A stretch of 63,657 nt of DNA, filler included, from Phoronis australis (lineage: Eukaryota; Animalia; Phoronida), in NCBI GenBank assembly GCA_002633005.1. It is 6 parts of 6 records of this genome, joined end to end, with 100 filler letters (N's around TTAATTAATTAA, not from the genome) between each part and the next. Parts side by side here need not be neighbours in the genome. Positions count along the whole stretch, not along the records: positions 8,768 to 34,189 come from NMRA01000042.1; 5 more parts are not named here. One strand, given 5' to 3'. Below are positions 12,901 through 27,396 of this stretch, in pieces (the first letter of the stretch is position 1; every line of letters begins with the position of its first letter). Position numbers and translations under genes: made by a program. The notes beneath the pieces are model-generated. The model searched no databases and was not told the DNA's origin. It worked only from the letters and a program-made list of their open reading frames with translations.

Positions 12901-15900
12901 AGATTAATTTTAATGGCAATGCTGCAGCAGCTTACAGCAGAGACACAAAACTTAGCAGTCAAGACTGGAAGACACTGGTTGTCTCAGCAGACTGGTGACT
13001 GCTTACTTACCCGGTGTGTTACTTTCTTGGAAGGTGGAGTGATTGTGATAGAGGAATGGCACAATCGCTTGTACACTCTCACTTTGGTAGTTCATTACCA
13101 TCTCTTTCAGAGTATCTGAAGAAAATAATGCCATAGACTTTTTTGTATTTCTTGTAATATATATCACTTCTTGGATTATAATGTACATATTACACTTTGC
13201 ATTTCACATACTTGCATTCCTTGCACTGCCTGGCATTTCTCACACATTGCATTCATTGTATTGCTTTGCATTTCTCACACATTGCATTCATTGTATTGCT
13301 TTGCATTACTCACACATTGCATTCATTGTATTGCTTTGCATTACTCACACATCATTGCCTTCACACTACTGTCTTGTATTTCTCACAAGTCATTGCAATG
13401 CAGTACTCTTTTAGCACTACATGCCTTTCACCAAACTAATCCTTTATCCTATCAGAATTATGTTTTTATACAATATTCCAACTGATTGACCATTTTATGG
13501 CTAGAATTGTTGGATATCTGCAATGGATCGTGGGACACTGGTAAGCCAAGTAGAATAAAACCAACCAATGAAACTCAAGAACATACAAATACATTTGCAG
13601 CCAACAGATGGCGAGGAACACTGTATATGCCACAACTATCTATTCTCTCTCTGTTGCATGTTGCATAGGTTACTTAACATTGCGATGATATCACTACATA
13701 ACATATTCTTGAACAACATGCATTTTTGCACTCTTAATATCTATGAAGACAGCAAGAACACAGCGATAGAAAGCCTGGTATGTGTATTTGGCTTATGGAA
13801 AACACAGAAAATAAACTGTTAAATGTATTGGCTGTATGAGCTGTATGAGCTAATGAGCCTGTAAAAAGTGGTTAACATACTTTGGGCCACATGCCTTTGA
13901 TACAAATAAACGTGACTACATATAGATATAAAATCAACCACATTCCTACCTAGTGAAGCTTGTCTAACTTCTGACGGATTGTACGAGTTAAGAAGAGTGA
14001 GTAGTTTACGAGTCAGTTCCATTCTCTCCTTCCATGACATCAAGCATGCTTTGGTCTCACTGCCAACTGTAAGGAAGTAATAGATATAAACACCATCAAC
14101 TCAGATGCCATTCTTGAGTCAGTTGACATTTGTTAACAGGATACTTAGACTTTCAGCAGCATTCTTTACTGTGCATATTTATACAGACACAATTTTTTGT
14201 TCATGTAAACATTTTCTCTGTAATCAAAACTAAATGCCATTTCACCAAAACTCCCCTTATTTGTCAGTGACAAAGCTCTATGGATGTGTAATGACTACCT
14301 AGGATGACATGAAGAACAAAACTGAATTGTAGATTTGTTAAAGGTGATACTGTGCAATTCCACAACACAATGGCTGACAAAACCAACTTAAAAGATGTTA
14401 TGGTTAACAAAGGTAACATACCTCCGTGGGAACGTTTCTCCACTTGGTGCCTGGCCACCTTCAGTACCGGAGTCAACAGGGACAAAAGGTCAATGAGTTC
14501 ACTGGTCACGTGACAAGCAGTTGCCTCGTGGTACATGGCATAAACCGTGCTGAAGGCCTGCAAACACAAAGTGTACTTACTTTAAGTCACTTTGAGATAT
14601 ATTTAACTCCTTAATTATGGAAAACGACAACAATAACAACATTAGCAAATAATATATATGTTCATGGACACAACGACAAAAATATTTTTATTTTATGACA
14701 TTCTATTATTGATATTGCACAAATTATAATTATATGAAACTGACCTTATTATATTTTACTTTATCTACGTTTAATTTTAAGTTCTTTCAACACATACCTC
14801 ACTAAACATCTGTAGTCCCTGGTTGAACACAAGTAACAGTCTATCGTCCGTGGAGTCGACCAGAATTTTCAAAGCTCTACAAGAAATTTCAACTCCAAAT
14901 AACAAAAAAATTGTTACAGAAAATTTATTCACTGAAACGATCAAAAGTGTTCAGTTGCAGGTCACCCAAATGTTAAAAAGCCTGACTGAAAACACCTTCG
15001 GAGACAAAAACCAACAAGCTTCCAAGATAAAACAAGTTTGTGATGGTTTTAACCAAAAACACACTTATGAGCTCCATAGTGCAATCATGGAAAATAAGAA
15101 GACAGTTTTAATCATTCGACCACAGAATTTAAATTATTGCTTCTGGCACATAAGAAGAAAGCATGGCAAGCCTGGCAGAATGAGACCAACATAATAGCAA
15201 CATTAGTGGTGAACCAGGGATGTGCATATACAATGTGGCTTCAATTGACATGATGTTAAATTCTAATGAATACTTCTCTCAGCACTGCTGTTGTGTGCGA
15301 CTGCATACTTATGTGATAAGCAAATGCCATCTTTCTATCAATACTGCCACTGCTTACTTATGCGACAAGCTTCTGCCATCCTTTACTCAATACTGCCTCT
15401 GCCTACTTACGTGACAAGAGTCTGCCATCCTGCTCGAGCTTCAATACTCTGTAAGTAGAGAAGGATAGTGCTCTTCTTAAACTGAGTGATGGCCTTGAGC
15501 TCATCTTCCGAGCTGTCGTCATACTGGGTCACCATCAAACGCATTATACGAAACAGTTCTTCAACAGCCTAAAGAAACAGAGAAGACACGATTAGTAAGA
15601 GTAGTACATAGATCAAAATGAAAACAAAAATTTGAATGAATTTTGTTCCTCCACAGACAACTTTTAAAAAATGTACTTAACTGCTCCCATGCACTCGGCA
15701 GGATACAAGAAAATAGCAGTAAGAATAACAAGAGTATAATTATGCTTTCGATACAACAAAGAGTAATTAAGTTTAAAACTAGTAACACCACAAGAGAGAT
15801 CAGTTATGTAAAAAATATGATTATACAATGAATGAGGTTTACCACTTAACAAAACTAATCAAACACTGGTTCTCTTCACACAAATGCACGGATTATCTCA

Positions 15901-18900
15901 TGAATGCCCAAATGCTTGTTATTAGTTTGAATTCTCATATTAATCTGAAAGTTACAGCAAACCTAGAGGATATCAAATTAATTCTCATTGTTGTTCAACT
16001 CACTGAAGTATACTGAGCGATATACGGCGTGATGTTCTTGAAAGCCCACTGGATGTTCTGGTGTTGAGCCAACTGACGTGTGAATGACCTCGACTGTTGA
16101 CAGCAGAGACGTAGGATGCCGTAGTACGCTGGTAGCATACACCGGTTATGTAGTACCACATCTTGGTCCTCGTGATCAGCTCTGAAAATAAAAGCATAAA
16201 TAAAACTTCAATATATTTAGAATGCCGTTGTATGTTGAAAGTATACTGCAATTATGCAGATCCAGTACTACGGTTTGGTTCTCATGACCAACACTGAAAT
16301 CATAATCAGTTTGAATCAAATTTCATTGGTAGTCTTGGAAATCGACTTAACGTAGAAGACATAGCAATATCATTTATTCACAATGTTATCTTTGAAATTA
16401 TACATGAAAACAACAAAAGTGATCCACCAACTCACAGAATATAGTTGAAAGCTATGTTCTTGGTCACACTGTTGTTAGACACGATCAGCTTAACATTCTC
16501 TGGACAGTCGATGCAGACCTGGTACCAGAACACCAGTAGAGCTTGCTTGTTGTGGTTGACAGCAATAGGGGGCTCTGACAGCTTGGGCTGGAACAACTGC
16601 CACAGGTCGAGGAAGTACGGAGAAAACTGAAACATGAAAATTGAGACATGTGCTATGAGGAAAGGGTAAGAAAGGCTGCAGACAATAAAAAATTGGCTGA
16701 TAACAGAATGTTCTTTTCTCACAACTAAAATTTTTGCAAAAATCTGAACACCGAAGTATGGTCTGAGGCATCAAATTTATTGAATGAATTAGTGACCAGA
16801 GACTGCAAATTAGTTACAACAGGCTAAAATCATCCTCAAAATTAGTGACTGTAGACTAGAAATTAGTGGCCAAAGGCTAAAATCATTCAAGGAATTAGTG
16901 ACCTTAGACTAAAACCATTCTATGAGTTAATGACCATACACCAAAATCAATCTAGGAATTAGTGCACGCAGGTTAAGAATTAGTAATCACGGACTAAAAT
17001 ATCTCTAAGAATTAGAAACTGTATTATTATTAAAATTAGCAATATAATTAAAAGCCATGAATGAGCTTTCCAAAATACCATACAAAACATTATCTGAAAA
17101 ATACTGTTATCAGTAAATGCTAGGTAGTTCTCATAGTGATCATCACTAGTGTAAGAAACACCATACCATTAACTTTTCTGTTTTTGACACTAAGCACACA
17201 GTCAAGAGTGCAAAGTAAGCCACCAGACTGGTGGTGTCATGCACTGCTGCGTCTGCAAATACAACACAATACAATACCATATGATACAACACAATACAAT
17301 ACCATATGATACAACACAATACAAAACAATACAATACAACAGAATGCCATTGGTATTCTGACTCTGAACCCAACCTGAACTTGACCAATCTAAAGTATAT
17401 AAACCAAATTGTAGAAGTGTAACTCAGCAGGTGATTCAAACAAGAAAAATGCAATGTCCTGTGATGCTGAAAAATTCTCTAAAAGTATGTTGCAGGGTTT
17501 CTATCTGAAAAATGGCATAATGACACTTCAGTCCACAAGATGGCGTTGGTTATTCACAAAGGTATAATCAAGACAATTTTCCAGCCACAACTGTCAAGAT
17601 TGTTTTTGAAAATGCATGCTTATCCATTTAAAAGGGAACAAATACACAAAGCCTAGTTTTATATATGGCATCAAAAATTTTCGGAAGCCATGAAAAACCA
17701 CTACATGGTCTCCAGAAAAAGCCCACAGATCTTTTTCTGGAAATCTTTTTCAAAGTGTACCAGGGCCTGTTCTCATAAAATCGTGGTGCAAGTCCAAACA
17801 CTCCCCAATATCAACAAATGCCTGAGCCTCCAGTAACGAGACATCCCCTCCACACTGACCTGCATACATTCGAGCCGTTTTCAGCAGCCTCAGTAGATGT
17901 TCATAAACCTTATGAAGAATGTGTATAGCCTCCGACGACATCTGTGGAAACATCAATGAGACAAGACTGACAACAGACCAAAGAGGGAAACAAATGGTAA
18001 AACAGTTACCACAGTCAGTTGTAATATCTGCACTTCTTACATTAAATTGATAGCAAAAACGCACAAAGTGTTAAAATAACAGAATTATAGAACCTCAGAA
18101 TATTGACCATCACCTAACATTGATTCGAAATATTCATTAAAAATGCAAGTGTTCATTGTAGCATAAGAGGACATTTATAAAAATTCTATATCAGTGACAT
18201 GAGCCAGCTGAGTTGTCATTTATTCACCAGTGCCACATACATCACTTAGAGGAAGCATACAAGATAACTAGTCTGCGCTTTGTATCCAAGTACATGTTTC
18301 AGTGTGTTGGCATGTACCTGTAGTTCTTTGTGTGGACTAATAATACTGCGACCATTCCTTGATGCCTGCCTGAATGACTGACTAGGTACCAACGACACTA
18401 ACAGGTAAGATGCAGCTACAACAGGAAAGACAAGAAATATAACGCATGCACTTAGAAAATTACACTCATTTATGTAGTCCAGGGAATACATTTGGTAATG
18501 TTTGTTACCTTTTGTTTCGCATTTAAAGGAGTTTAGTCTGCTATTACAACAGAACGGACAATTACCTGAGCCATTATCTGTGCCATTACTAAAAGGGACC
18601 TTGATGACACTCAATGTAACTACTCTCCATAGCTGTGAGTTTTTACTTATAACTTAAAACAGCATTTGATTATGAATTGGGAAACTTTATTTACTGTCCA
18701 ACCAAGAACAGTTAAGGTAGACATCATATTACCCTTTTAGGATGCAATTAAGAAAAGTTAAACCAGTATGAAATGAATGGAGTACTTCTCATATTAACAT
18801 GGAGATTACAGCTTTTAAGAAACCATACATTGTAGTACACCCATGTTTAAGCCTGGAAGTTAATATCTACTAAGAAGTCTACAAATTAAAATGAGTTACT

Positions 18901-21900
18901 CCAATCTACAGTACACAAATGAGCAAAAAGGAGAAATTTCTCATTTATGCCAAATAACCAAGTTTAATACATATTCTATAAAAAGTCTAAAAGTTCTGTC
19001 AGAGCAAAGTTCAACTTTATCTGATACAAGCAAAAACTCTGACTTCACCTTTATAACCCTTGTCCTGCGCTAGCCGAGGTCAGCCCACATGCCAATTATC
19101 CTATTACAATGCCTTGGGTGTACTCAATGACTATGATAAGCCGCAGCTGGGGATCAATAGGGTGACTGCACTCACCCCAGGACATTCAGAAATTGTGAGA
19201 GCCCTGGATGTCAGTTTAGATATGTGAGCTCGTGTATTCCATAGTTCACAGATTCTTCTACATTTCTCTGATTTAAACCATATGGCTGTGATTACTAGTT
19301 TAGGAGATATTAGCAGGTTTATGTAAGTGTAGACACATAGTTTCATTATATGGCTGGAGCCAGACGTGAGAGGATGACAGTGGATCAGTTTATTTTCACT
19401 AAGGCTATGATGAAGATTTACATATGGTGAAAATCTCCATTAAATTCTGGACAACTTTTATATTATCTTCTTTTCTGTAAAATTAACAATTCCCCTTCAA
19501 ATTTCCAATTTAAAATTGTTAGGTCGTTACTGTGGGTGACCTTCATATCAGCCCAGTGTACAACAGTAGTGGTGACCTACTTAGCTCAGCACACAGGGAA
19601 AGTAGTCTGAATAGAGGCTCAGCAGGATAAGGGTTAAACAAACAGCAACATGTGAAATTCAAGTTTTGGAGAAGTCACTAAAAATCAATCATGTGTCATA
19701 GCAACAGAAGACCCACCATCTCATAACTAACAAAGTCTTAGCTCACCATTTCTGACCCTAAGATTGGAGTGAGCGATCAGATACTGTTCTACCCACATCT
19801 CCAGACTCTGCATGACAAAAGAGTGAGCCACTTTGTTTCGTGTCACCTGAGTGGATAGCCAATCTAGGCACTGCTGTGGACAAAAGTCTGTCAGCTGCAA
19901 AACGATAATTGCACAATATATTTCACATTATAAAGTCAAGGATTTGTTGATCAGAGAGGAAATGATTACACACTAGACACTGTACAGTAAGGCAGGTATG
20001 TTACACACAAGACACTGTACAGTAAGGCAGGTATATTACACACTAGACACTGTACAGTAAGGCAGGTATATTACACCCTAGACACTGTACAGTAAGGCAG
20101 GTATATTACACACTAGACACTGTACAGTAAGGCAGGTATATTACACACTAGACACTGTACAGTAAGGCAGGTATATTACACCCTAGACACTGTACAGTAA
20201 GGCAGGTATATTACAAGAGTTGCAATGTTTACACAAATTCAGTCTTCATACACAGGCAATTTTGGTTGATCATAATTTATCACAAATCATTTTTATATGA
20301 ATTAAACCTTTTCCATGCATTCATATTGAGGATATATGATACAAACTGTTAATAAGAATTCACATTAACGATCGATAAAATTTATCATGCCTATCTTAAT
20401 ATTGATTTCTTTTCATTGAACAATAATAAATGGGCAGGTTTCCACGAATGATGATTAAATTGACAATCATTTATCATCACCTAGATGAGAATTTGTATCA
20501 ACCAAAATGGGTGCGCACTTAAAACGGCAATACACAAAACCAACGTACATCCCAGAACTTCTGAAGTATAAAGTTGGTAAATGGTGGGTGTCCGGGGGGT
20601 CCTCCAACAAACTCGGTCAGTAATGTGAGAAGACGGAAGAACGGCTGAGATTGGTCAGAGTTGAGCTTGGTTATAGCGCTGAAGATCATCTGGATTATCT
20701 GCAAGGCAGAGGAGAGGTCAAGGTCAAATAATTACACAAAACCATCTTACAGCAGGTTTCAAAGCAAAAAAATAACATCTCTGATCTGGTAAAAATTTCT
20801 GAAGATGCGAGTTTTAATACATCATCTTAAATTAGGTAAAAATACGATGAACTGAATTTCAAACATTACTGTACCAAAGTGTACAATTAATACAAGCAGA
20901 CGTTGAACCGAATTAACTTTCAACACTTGTGAAAGTCAAAGTTTGACTGATAACGCTGATAATGATTTCAATTTAACTAAACTGCTACATCGGTGGGTCA
21001 CAAAAGGCCGCAGCAAGATAAACTATGAAGGAAACCAAAAGTAACACCAATGAGCTCCATTCCTACAACACTAAAATTATAGAAATTAAAGTGCTGAAAC
21101 TTGCCCTACTTCAAGACTCTCTACTTTTTGTAAGGATCAGAAATTCAAATCAAATCTAAACAGGTGACCCTGACTGATACAGGCGTACTATACACATAAT
21201 ACAGGCATAAAATCTAGTACAACTTTAAATGCCCCATAATTGCTTAGCAAAGTGCTTCTCTGTTAAATTAAATGTATATTCAGAGACAGCAGTATAGTTA
21301 AAGCTACCACTCATGGTCATAGCAAGCCTATCATACAGAGGTAGCTTTAAAAGCCACTACTTATGGTCATACCGAGTTTATCATTCAGATAAAGTTATTT
21401 AATTAAAGCTACTACTTAAGGTTACAGTGAGTCTATCATAAAGAGATAGCTTTTTAGTTAAAGCCACTACTTATGGTCATACTGAGTCTATCATTCAGAG
21501 AAAGTTAAGCTACTACTTATGGTCATACTGAGTCTATCATTCAGAGAAAGTTATATAGTTAAAGCTACTACTTATGGTCATACTGAGTCTATCATTCAGA
21601 GAAAGTTATATAGTTAAAGCTACTACTTATGGTCATACTGAGTCTATCATTCAGAGAAAGTTATATAGTTAAAGCTTCTACTTATGGTCATACTGAGTCT
21701 ATCATTCAGAGAAAGCTGTATAGTTAAAGCTACTACTTACGGTCATGGCGAGCCTATCATTCCAGCGGCACAAACTGAAGATGAGACTACATGTCTTGTG
21801 CAAGTTGATGGAGTCTTTGATTTGATGGAACAAGAAATTGAAGCCCTACAACAAATAACATCAACTGTTAAAACCTTTAAATGAACATGAACATGGGTTA

Positions 21901-24900
21901 ATACAGTGCCACTGAATGACTGTTACACTGAACAAGAAACAACAGATGGCAGTAACTGTGTGACTGACAACAGAAATATGGGTGTTAAAATTTTCAAATG
22001 ACTTACATTCAACTAAAAAATAACCAACAGAGGGCTTTTAAACCAAGGTGTTTCAGAAAAACCTCTGCTATGAGAAAAACCTTACGGGATGTAAGATTTT
22101 ATACTAATTCATTTACAATAGGTTCGTCCCGATTTACACGGTGATAAAACTTTCCTTTGTCCCGGGATAACAAATCGTGTGAGCTCGTTTTCAAAATCAG
22201 GCACATTTCGTGCCATATTAAAAGCACATCTGTAGCCATTATTGTCAAATTATCTTTGTACAAGGCACAGAAAGATCTATAAAACACCTGTCCAATCTTT
22301 CATTGCTTGGAAATAAAAAAAATTATTTACAAAAGCAGTCCATTTGACAGTGGAGCCATTTACCTTGCCCCGCCCTATTATGCTTGAATAATCTTGTTCT
22401 GGTAGTGACAGCAGTTTCTCATCACCCCGGGAACTTTCCACAAGTAGTGAGATCAATGAGATCATTTTTTCAAATGCAATCGGCTTGAACTTGTCCTCAG
22501 CCAAGGGAATAACGTCCTCATCTTCATCATCGTCAGACAGCTCCACCTACAGTTGACAACCAACAGTTTGTATAAGCCAAAAAATGGTCATTATAATTTG
22601 TGAAAAAATACAAAAAAACATGAAAGCAAAGAAGTAAACTGTGCTAAAAATGGTCTTTTATTCGAATCTTTAGGCATTGATTATAAATAGAAAATTTTCA
22701 CATGATTGTCTGAAGAAAGTCTGTCTTTCAAAAATGCAAATTTTGTGACTTGACAATGATTAACTGTCGCTCACATGTCAACAGACTTACGTAAGACTCC
22801 TGTGTCTTGTAGGTCATGTAGAAATTGACCATGGTAGATATGGCGTGGATGTGAATAAGGAAAAGTGACTCAACATCTCCCTGCTTGGCAAACTCAAACA
22901 GGAGATCAAAGTATTCCGCCAGGTACTTGCTGTGACTCTGATTGTTCACACCGTGTTCAATCTACGACAGACAGAACAAAAATGTTAACACAGCTGGAAG
23001 TCAATGAAGGACAGAGACGATTTCATGGAAGAGCAAACGGTGAATATTTTGGCAAATCTGGGACCACTTTTTACAGATATGGGTATATGTTGCATTCCCA
23101 ATGGATTACGGTAAATCATTCCTTCTCGGCAGGTGATACGCTTACACTTCTAGTTGCCAAGCACATGAACTTTTGTGTATTTGGTAAAAGGCCAGTGACG
23201 AAAACTACTGAATGATTAACTGGCATGACTCAAGAGCAATGTTAATACGACTATTTGTACAGTGTTAACAGGTCACATGGGATTTATGACTAGTGGAGCC
23301 ACCTGGCTGTACACCAGAAACGCCACTTCCAAGTTTCTTTGCAAAAACTGATAATCACAATGCAGAAGGTGACACTTATTTTTTGCAAAAAAACGGAAGT
23401 GACATTTATTGGTTTTTCCAAGCAACATCATTATGTAAGGTAAATGTAGACACCATTTTGTACTTAGAGTTATCAGTACTTTCACTCAGATGGCAGCAGG
23501 GAGCACTGTTCCCATGTGACAATCAGATGTTATTCCCCATAATTCTATCATTACTCACTAAAAAGTTACTGTTGAAAATACAATTAATTGGCATGGCAAC
23601 AGAATAGCACTTACAATAGTGAGCATCTTCTTTATAAAGCGTGTCACACATGACTTGTCACCTATCTTGCTGGTGTCTATCTCAGAACTGGTCGACTCTG
23701 TGAGTGGATGTAGGTAGAGTGACACGTGGGCTGGCCGTAGCTGAGTGAACACGTGAATGACCAGGCGTTGAAACATCTATGGCAGGAAATGTTAGGTAAA
23801 TGAATGGATGGCCACAACAAACACATGATTCAGGGTAGACAATCTGGCTCCATCAATATCCCCAATGGCCATCTCATCACTCATTGTTTTTTTCATACAC
23901 CACTGAGGTTAACAAGGTTATAAAGGTATGAAGCATATTGAAGTAAAACACTATATAATCAGCAGTACTGTCACATTACTACAGAACCCGAGAATAGCCA
24001 CAAAAATATCTGGATTTGTCTGACCCAGTCAGCAGTGATTTCAGTCAAAACCAACCACTCACTATAAAGTATATTGAATATTTACTGTAATTGGCATAAT
24101 AATTTCAAGCACAAATTTTAACTGGCTTGCAATATTGCGGTGACAACAAAAACACATAAATACATCCCATCTGTCGTGCAGAGTCAACACAAATGTAATA
24201 TTTTCACGATCACACTGCATATGAACAATGTGTACCTACTTAAACTCCACGCCTGAGATGAGCGTGTGAAAGAAGAGCCTACCTTTCGTACCACCTGGTT
24301 TGGACACCGGATGAGGATCTGCTGAGGCCAGCAGTCATCTTTAGACATGTGGTCAAGGAACCACTGAAACACAAAGGGACACACACGTCAACATACATCA
24401 GTGACTTTTTGCATCTCAAACTATAAATTTAAAACACATGATGGACCACTTGGTCAGGTTTTGAATCAAGCAAACAATGAGATATTTCTTACCTCACATG
24501 CTGCCTGGCAAGAGTTGAACTGTTTAGTTAACAACTCTATCCACTGTAACATGGTCGGCTGGAAAGATAACAACACATCAGCAACACTATATGCCACAAG
24601 TAATGACAAGCAACATTCTGTTACCAAGTTATGATGGGTAGTGACGCCTCCAGACTCTTCACTATGAGTCACTCTAGTTACACTGATGGGCAGGTCTGCC
24701 TGCACTCAGCTGTTATGGTAGGGAATTCTGGGTCATTTTTTCCAATTAATTTGGCCAGCACTGTATCAGAAAAGTCGGGAAATTTTACCTGATTTAACAA
24801 TTTTTGCTTGTGCTGTGCTCCCAAAATTTACAAACACACAGGAACAGTGCATGCTAGCCTTACATGCTTCAGGCACTTTTGCACAGTAAAGACAAACAAA

Positions 24901-26734
24901 TGCGTCTGTCAAAGCATGGTTCTAAGCATGGTTCCAACTTGTAAAAACTTCATTGTAATCTTGAAACCTTTATTAAGACTTAAGTTAAAATTGTGTTGTT
25001 TGCCTGAACTAAGTAAACCTGGATTATTATCTTTTGAACTAAAAGAAAACCCACTGCACATTCTTCCCACGTCCCAGTCGCCATGGACAAGAAGAGATTT
25101 ACCTTCTCCTTGGCGTGAATGAACGTCTCTAGCACAAACGAGGTACTCAACTGTGACACCATGATAGACACAGTCTGTGGATCGTCCTTTGGAAGTGTAG
25201 TAGGGATGAAACCACACATCTGCCACATGAACCTGCACCAGAAATAGATGATGTGAAACACTGCTCACTCAACAATGAATAAGGTCTAACCATTATCTAA
25301 TAACGCCTGTTTGAGGTCTGAGCGACAAAAAGTGTGATAACTACTCAAAACAGCAATAGGTTGACAACCAATGAGACCACAAGGTTAGCTGGAACAAATG
25401 TTAGATTCACTGACAGTGGCAATTTCAGGTCATGAGCCAATCAAATGTCTTTTCCTGACTAACCAGGTTACAACAATTTAAAATCAATTTATGACTGATA
25501 TTCGTTATCTTCATTTGTAGTTTTGTTGTGCAAAACAAGCAAACTCACGAAAAGTAGGTGTGCTCAAACACATTCTTGTCCTGCAGAAAATGCATGTTGT
25601 CTTGCCATATCCACTGAAACAACAACAGATTGGGTTAGTAAAGAGCTGTCGACTGATGCACTGGGCTGGGATGTATGTGCACTGGTCACTCTAGTTGACA
25701 TTGGTCCATCCACATTATTCACTTAGATTAGATTAGATTAATTTGAACTTGGAGCTTAGGTTATTTGTACACATTAGAAAACTTCATAATTATACAATAG
25801 AGTGAAATTGGATGAACAAACATTCAACACATTAGGACGCGACTGAAACGGCATTTCTGACAGTCAGCAAAATCCAAAATGGACACTTGAACAGAACGTG
25901 CTGAATAACATTATCTCATCCAGGCAAACAACCAAGTAGAGAATAATCCATATACATATCAACATAAACCAGTTGTATTCAGAAATCTACGCTAAAAAAA
26001 TTCCAGTAGTTCGCAATTGCATGTCACAATAAACACTTTTAACACATTCTGCTCAATTGGTCAACAAACTTTATTGACAACTTTGATGACCTATAACCCT
26101 TTTACAGATGGGATCTATCATACCCAACTGAACCACATCTGACACAAACACAATACGTTCCCGCCCACCCTACGTACATCTGCTAGTTCCTTGGACAGCT
26201 CAAAATTGTATCTCGTCTGCTTTGCAGGGCTATCCTCAGTCTGTTGATCTCGGTCACGTGATATCCTCTCATAGAACAGCATATAAGCACTGTTAGTCTG
26301 TGAAATAATGGACAAAGGTGACACACTATTACCTGCAAGTACTTAGACTGAGAAAGGCTTTTTATTAAACACGACATATGTAATACATCATTATGGGCCC
26401 TTGGTGAAAGTCAGTTTTCAACTTTTCATGGGATTATGAAGAGAATTTTGACAAAGAGAAGTAAAGCAAAACAAACTTTTCAATATAAAATTCTTGTTGA
26501 AAGGAAGAAGCCAGTGCTGGACAAACAACATCCATGTAAATCTACGTGTCACTGTTCAGTGCAGAGATGGCGCAAACCGGGAGAAGAGAATTTCAAATTC
26601 AAGCATCCGAAACAGATCAGAGACTCACCTTTTCAAATGAAAAATCCATGTACTTGTCAGTCATTGAATCATACGTTTTGCTCTGTAAAACAGACTTACT
26701 ATTAACAGTAATAATACAAATGCAACTGCTACTC

Positions 26735-26765
<31 letters not shown>

Positions 26766-27365
26766 CAACAATAATAACAATAATAGCAGCATTATTACCC
26801 ACTACCAAATGACAAAATACAACACGTCAACTCATGAGTTTCTAGTTAATAGTACTTCTAACAGCAGTTTGCAGTGTCATTGACCCTTAGGTTAAAAACT
26901 GGTCATTTCATACTAGTGGTTGTTTTAAGTTATGCATTTTGCTGTAAATCTGAATGAACTAACTGCACTCACGAAACACATAAAATGAACGTACCATCAT
27001 CTCCCCTCCAAAACATTCTGAGGCAATCTGCGTGGCATCAAAGGGCTTCACTTCAGCATCGTTGAACAAGAACCTGAAATGAAGGGCATATGATTGTTGA
27101 ATAACTGGTCATACAAGAATCACCAGCAACACATCATCTGCACAGTTCCTGCAGTGGCCTATCCAAACAAATACTTGACAACATTAGATAAATCCAATAC
27201 AGTCCAAACCCTTCATAATTAGTCCCAACTGAAAAGCCCGTTCAAGAACTAATGGTTTCTCTAGGTTTTCAAAATGACTGACTGATGTACCACTTCAACA
27301 CTTAATAGGTATTATCAGTGGAAAATGTGAGCAGGTCTGTGTGTGTGTCTGTGTGTGTGTGTGTT

Positions 27366-27396
<31 letters not shown>

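Noticed and set aside
13171-13485. His/Cys-rich ORFs in three frames
   Set aside because: Translations of the 35-bp minisatellite
19971-20215. 35-bp repeats as a CRISPR array (also 13190-13400 and 31190-31370)
   Set aside because: Head-to-tail units with no unique spacers, inside eukaryotic introns, no cas genes
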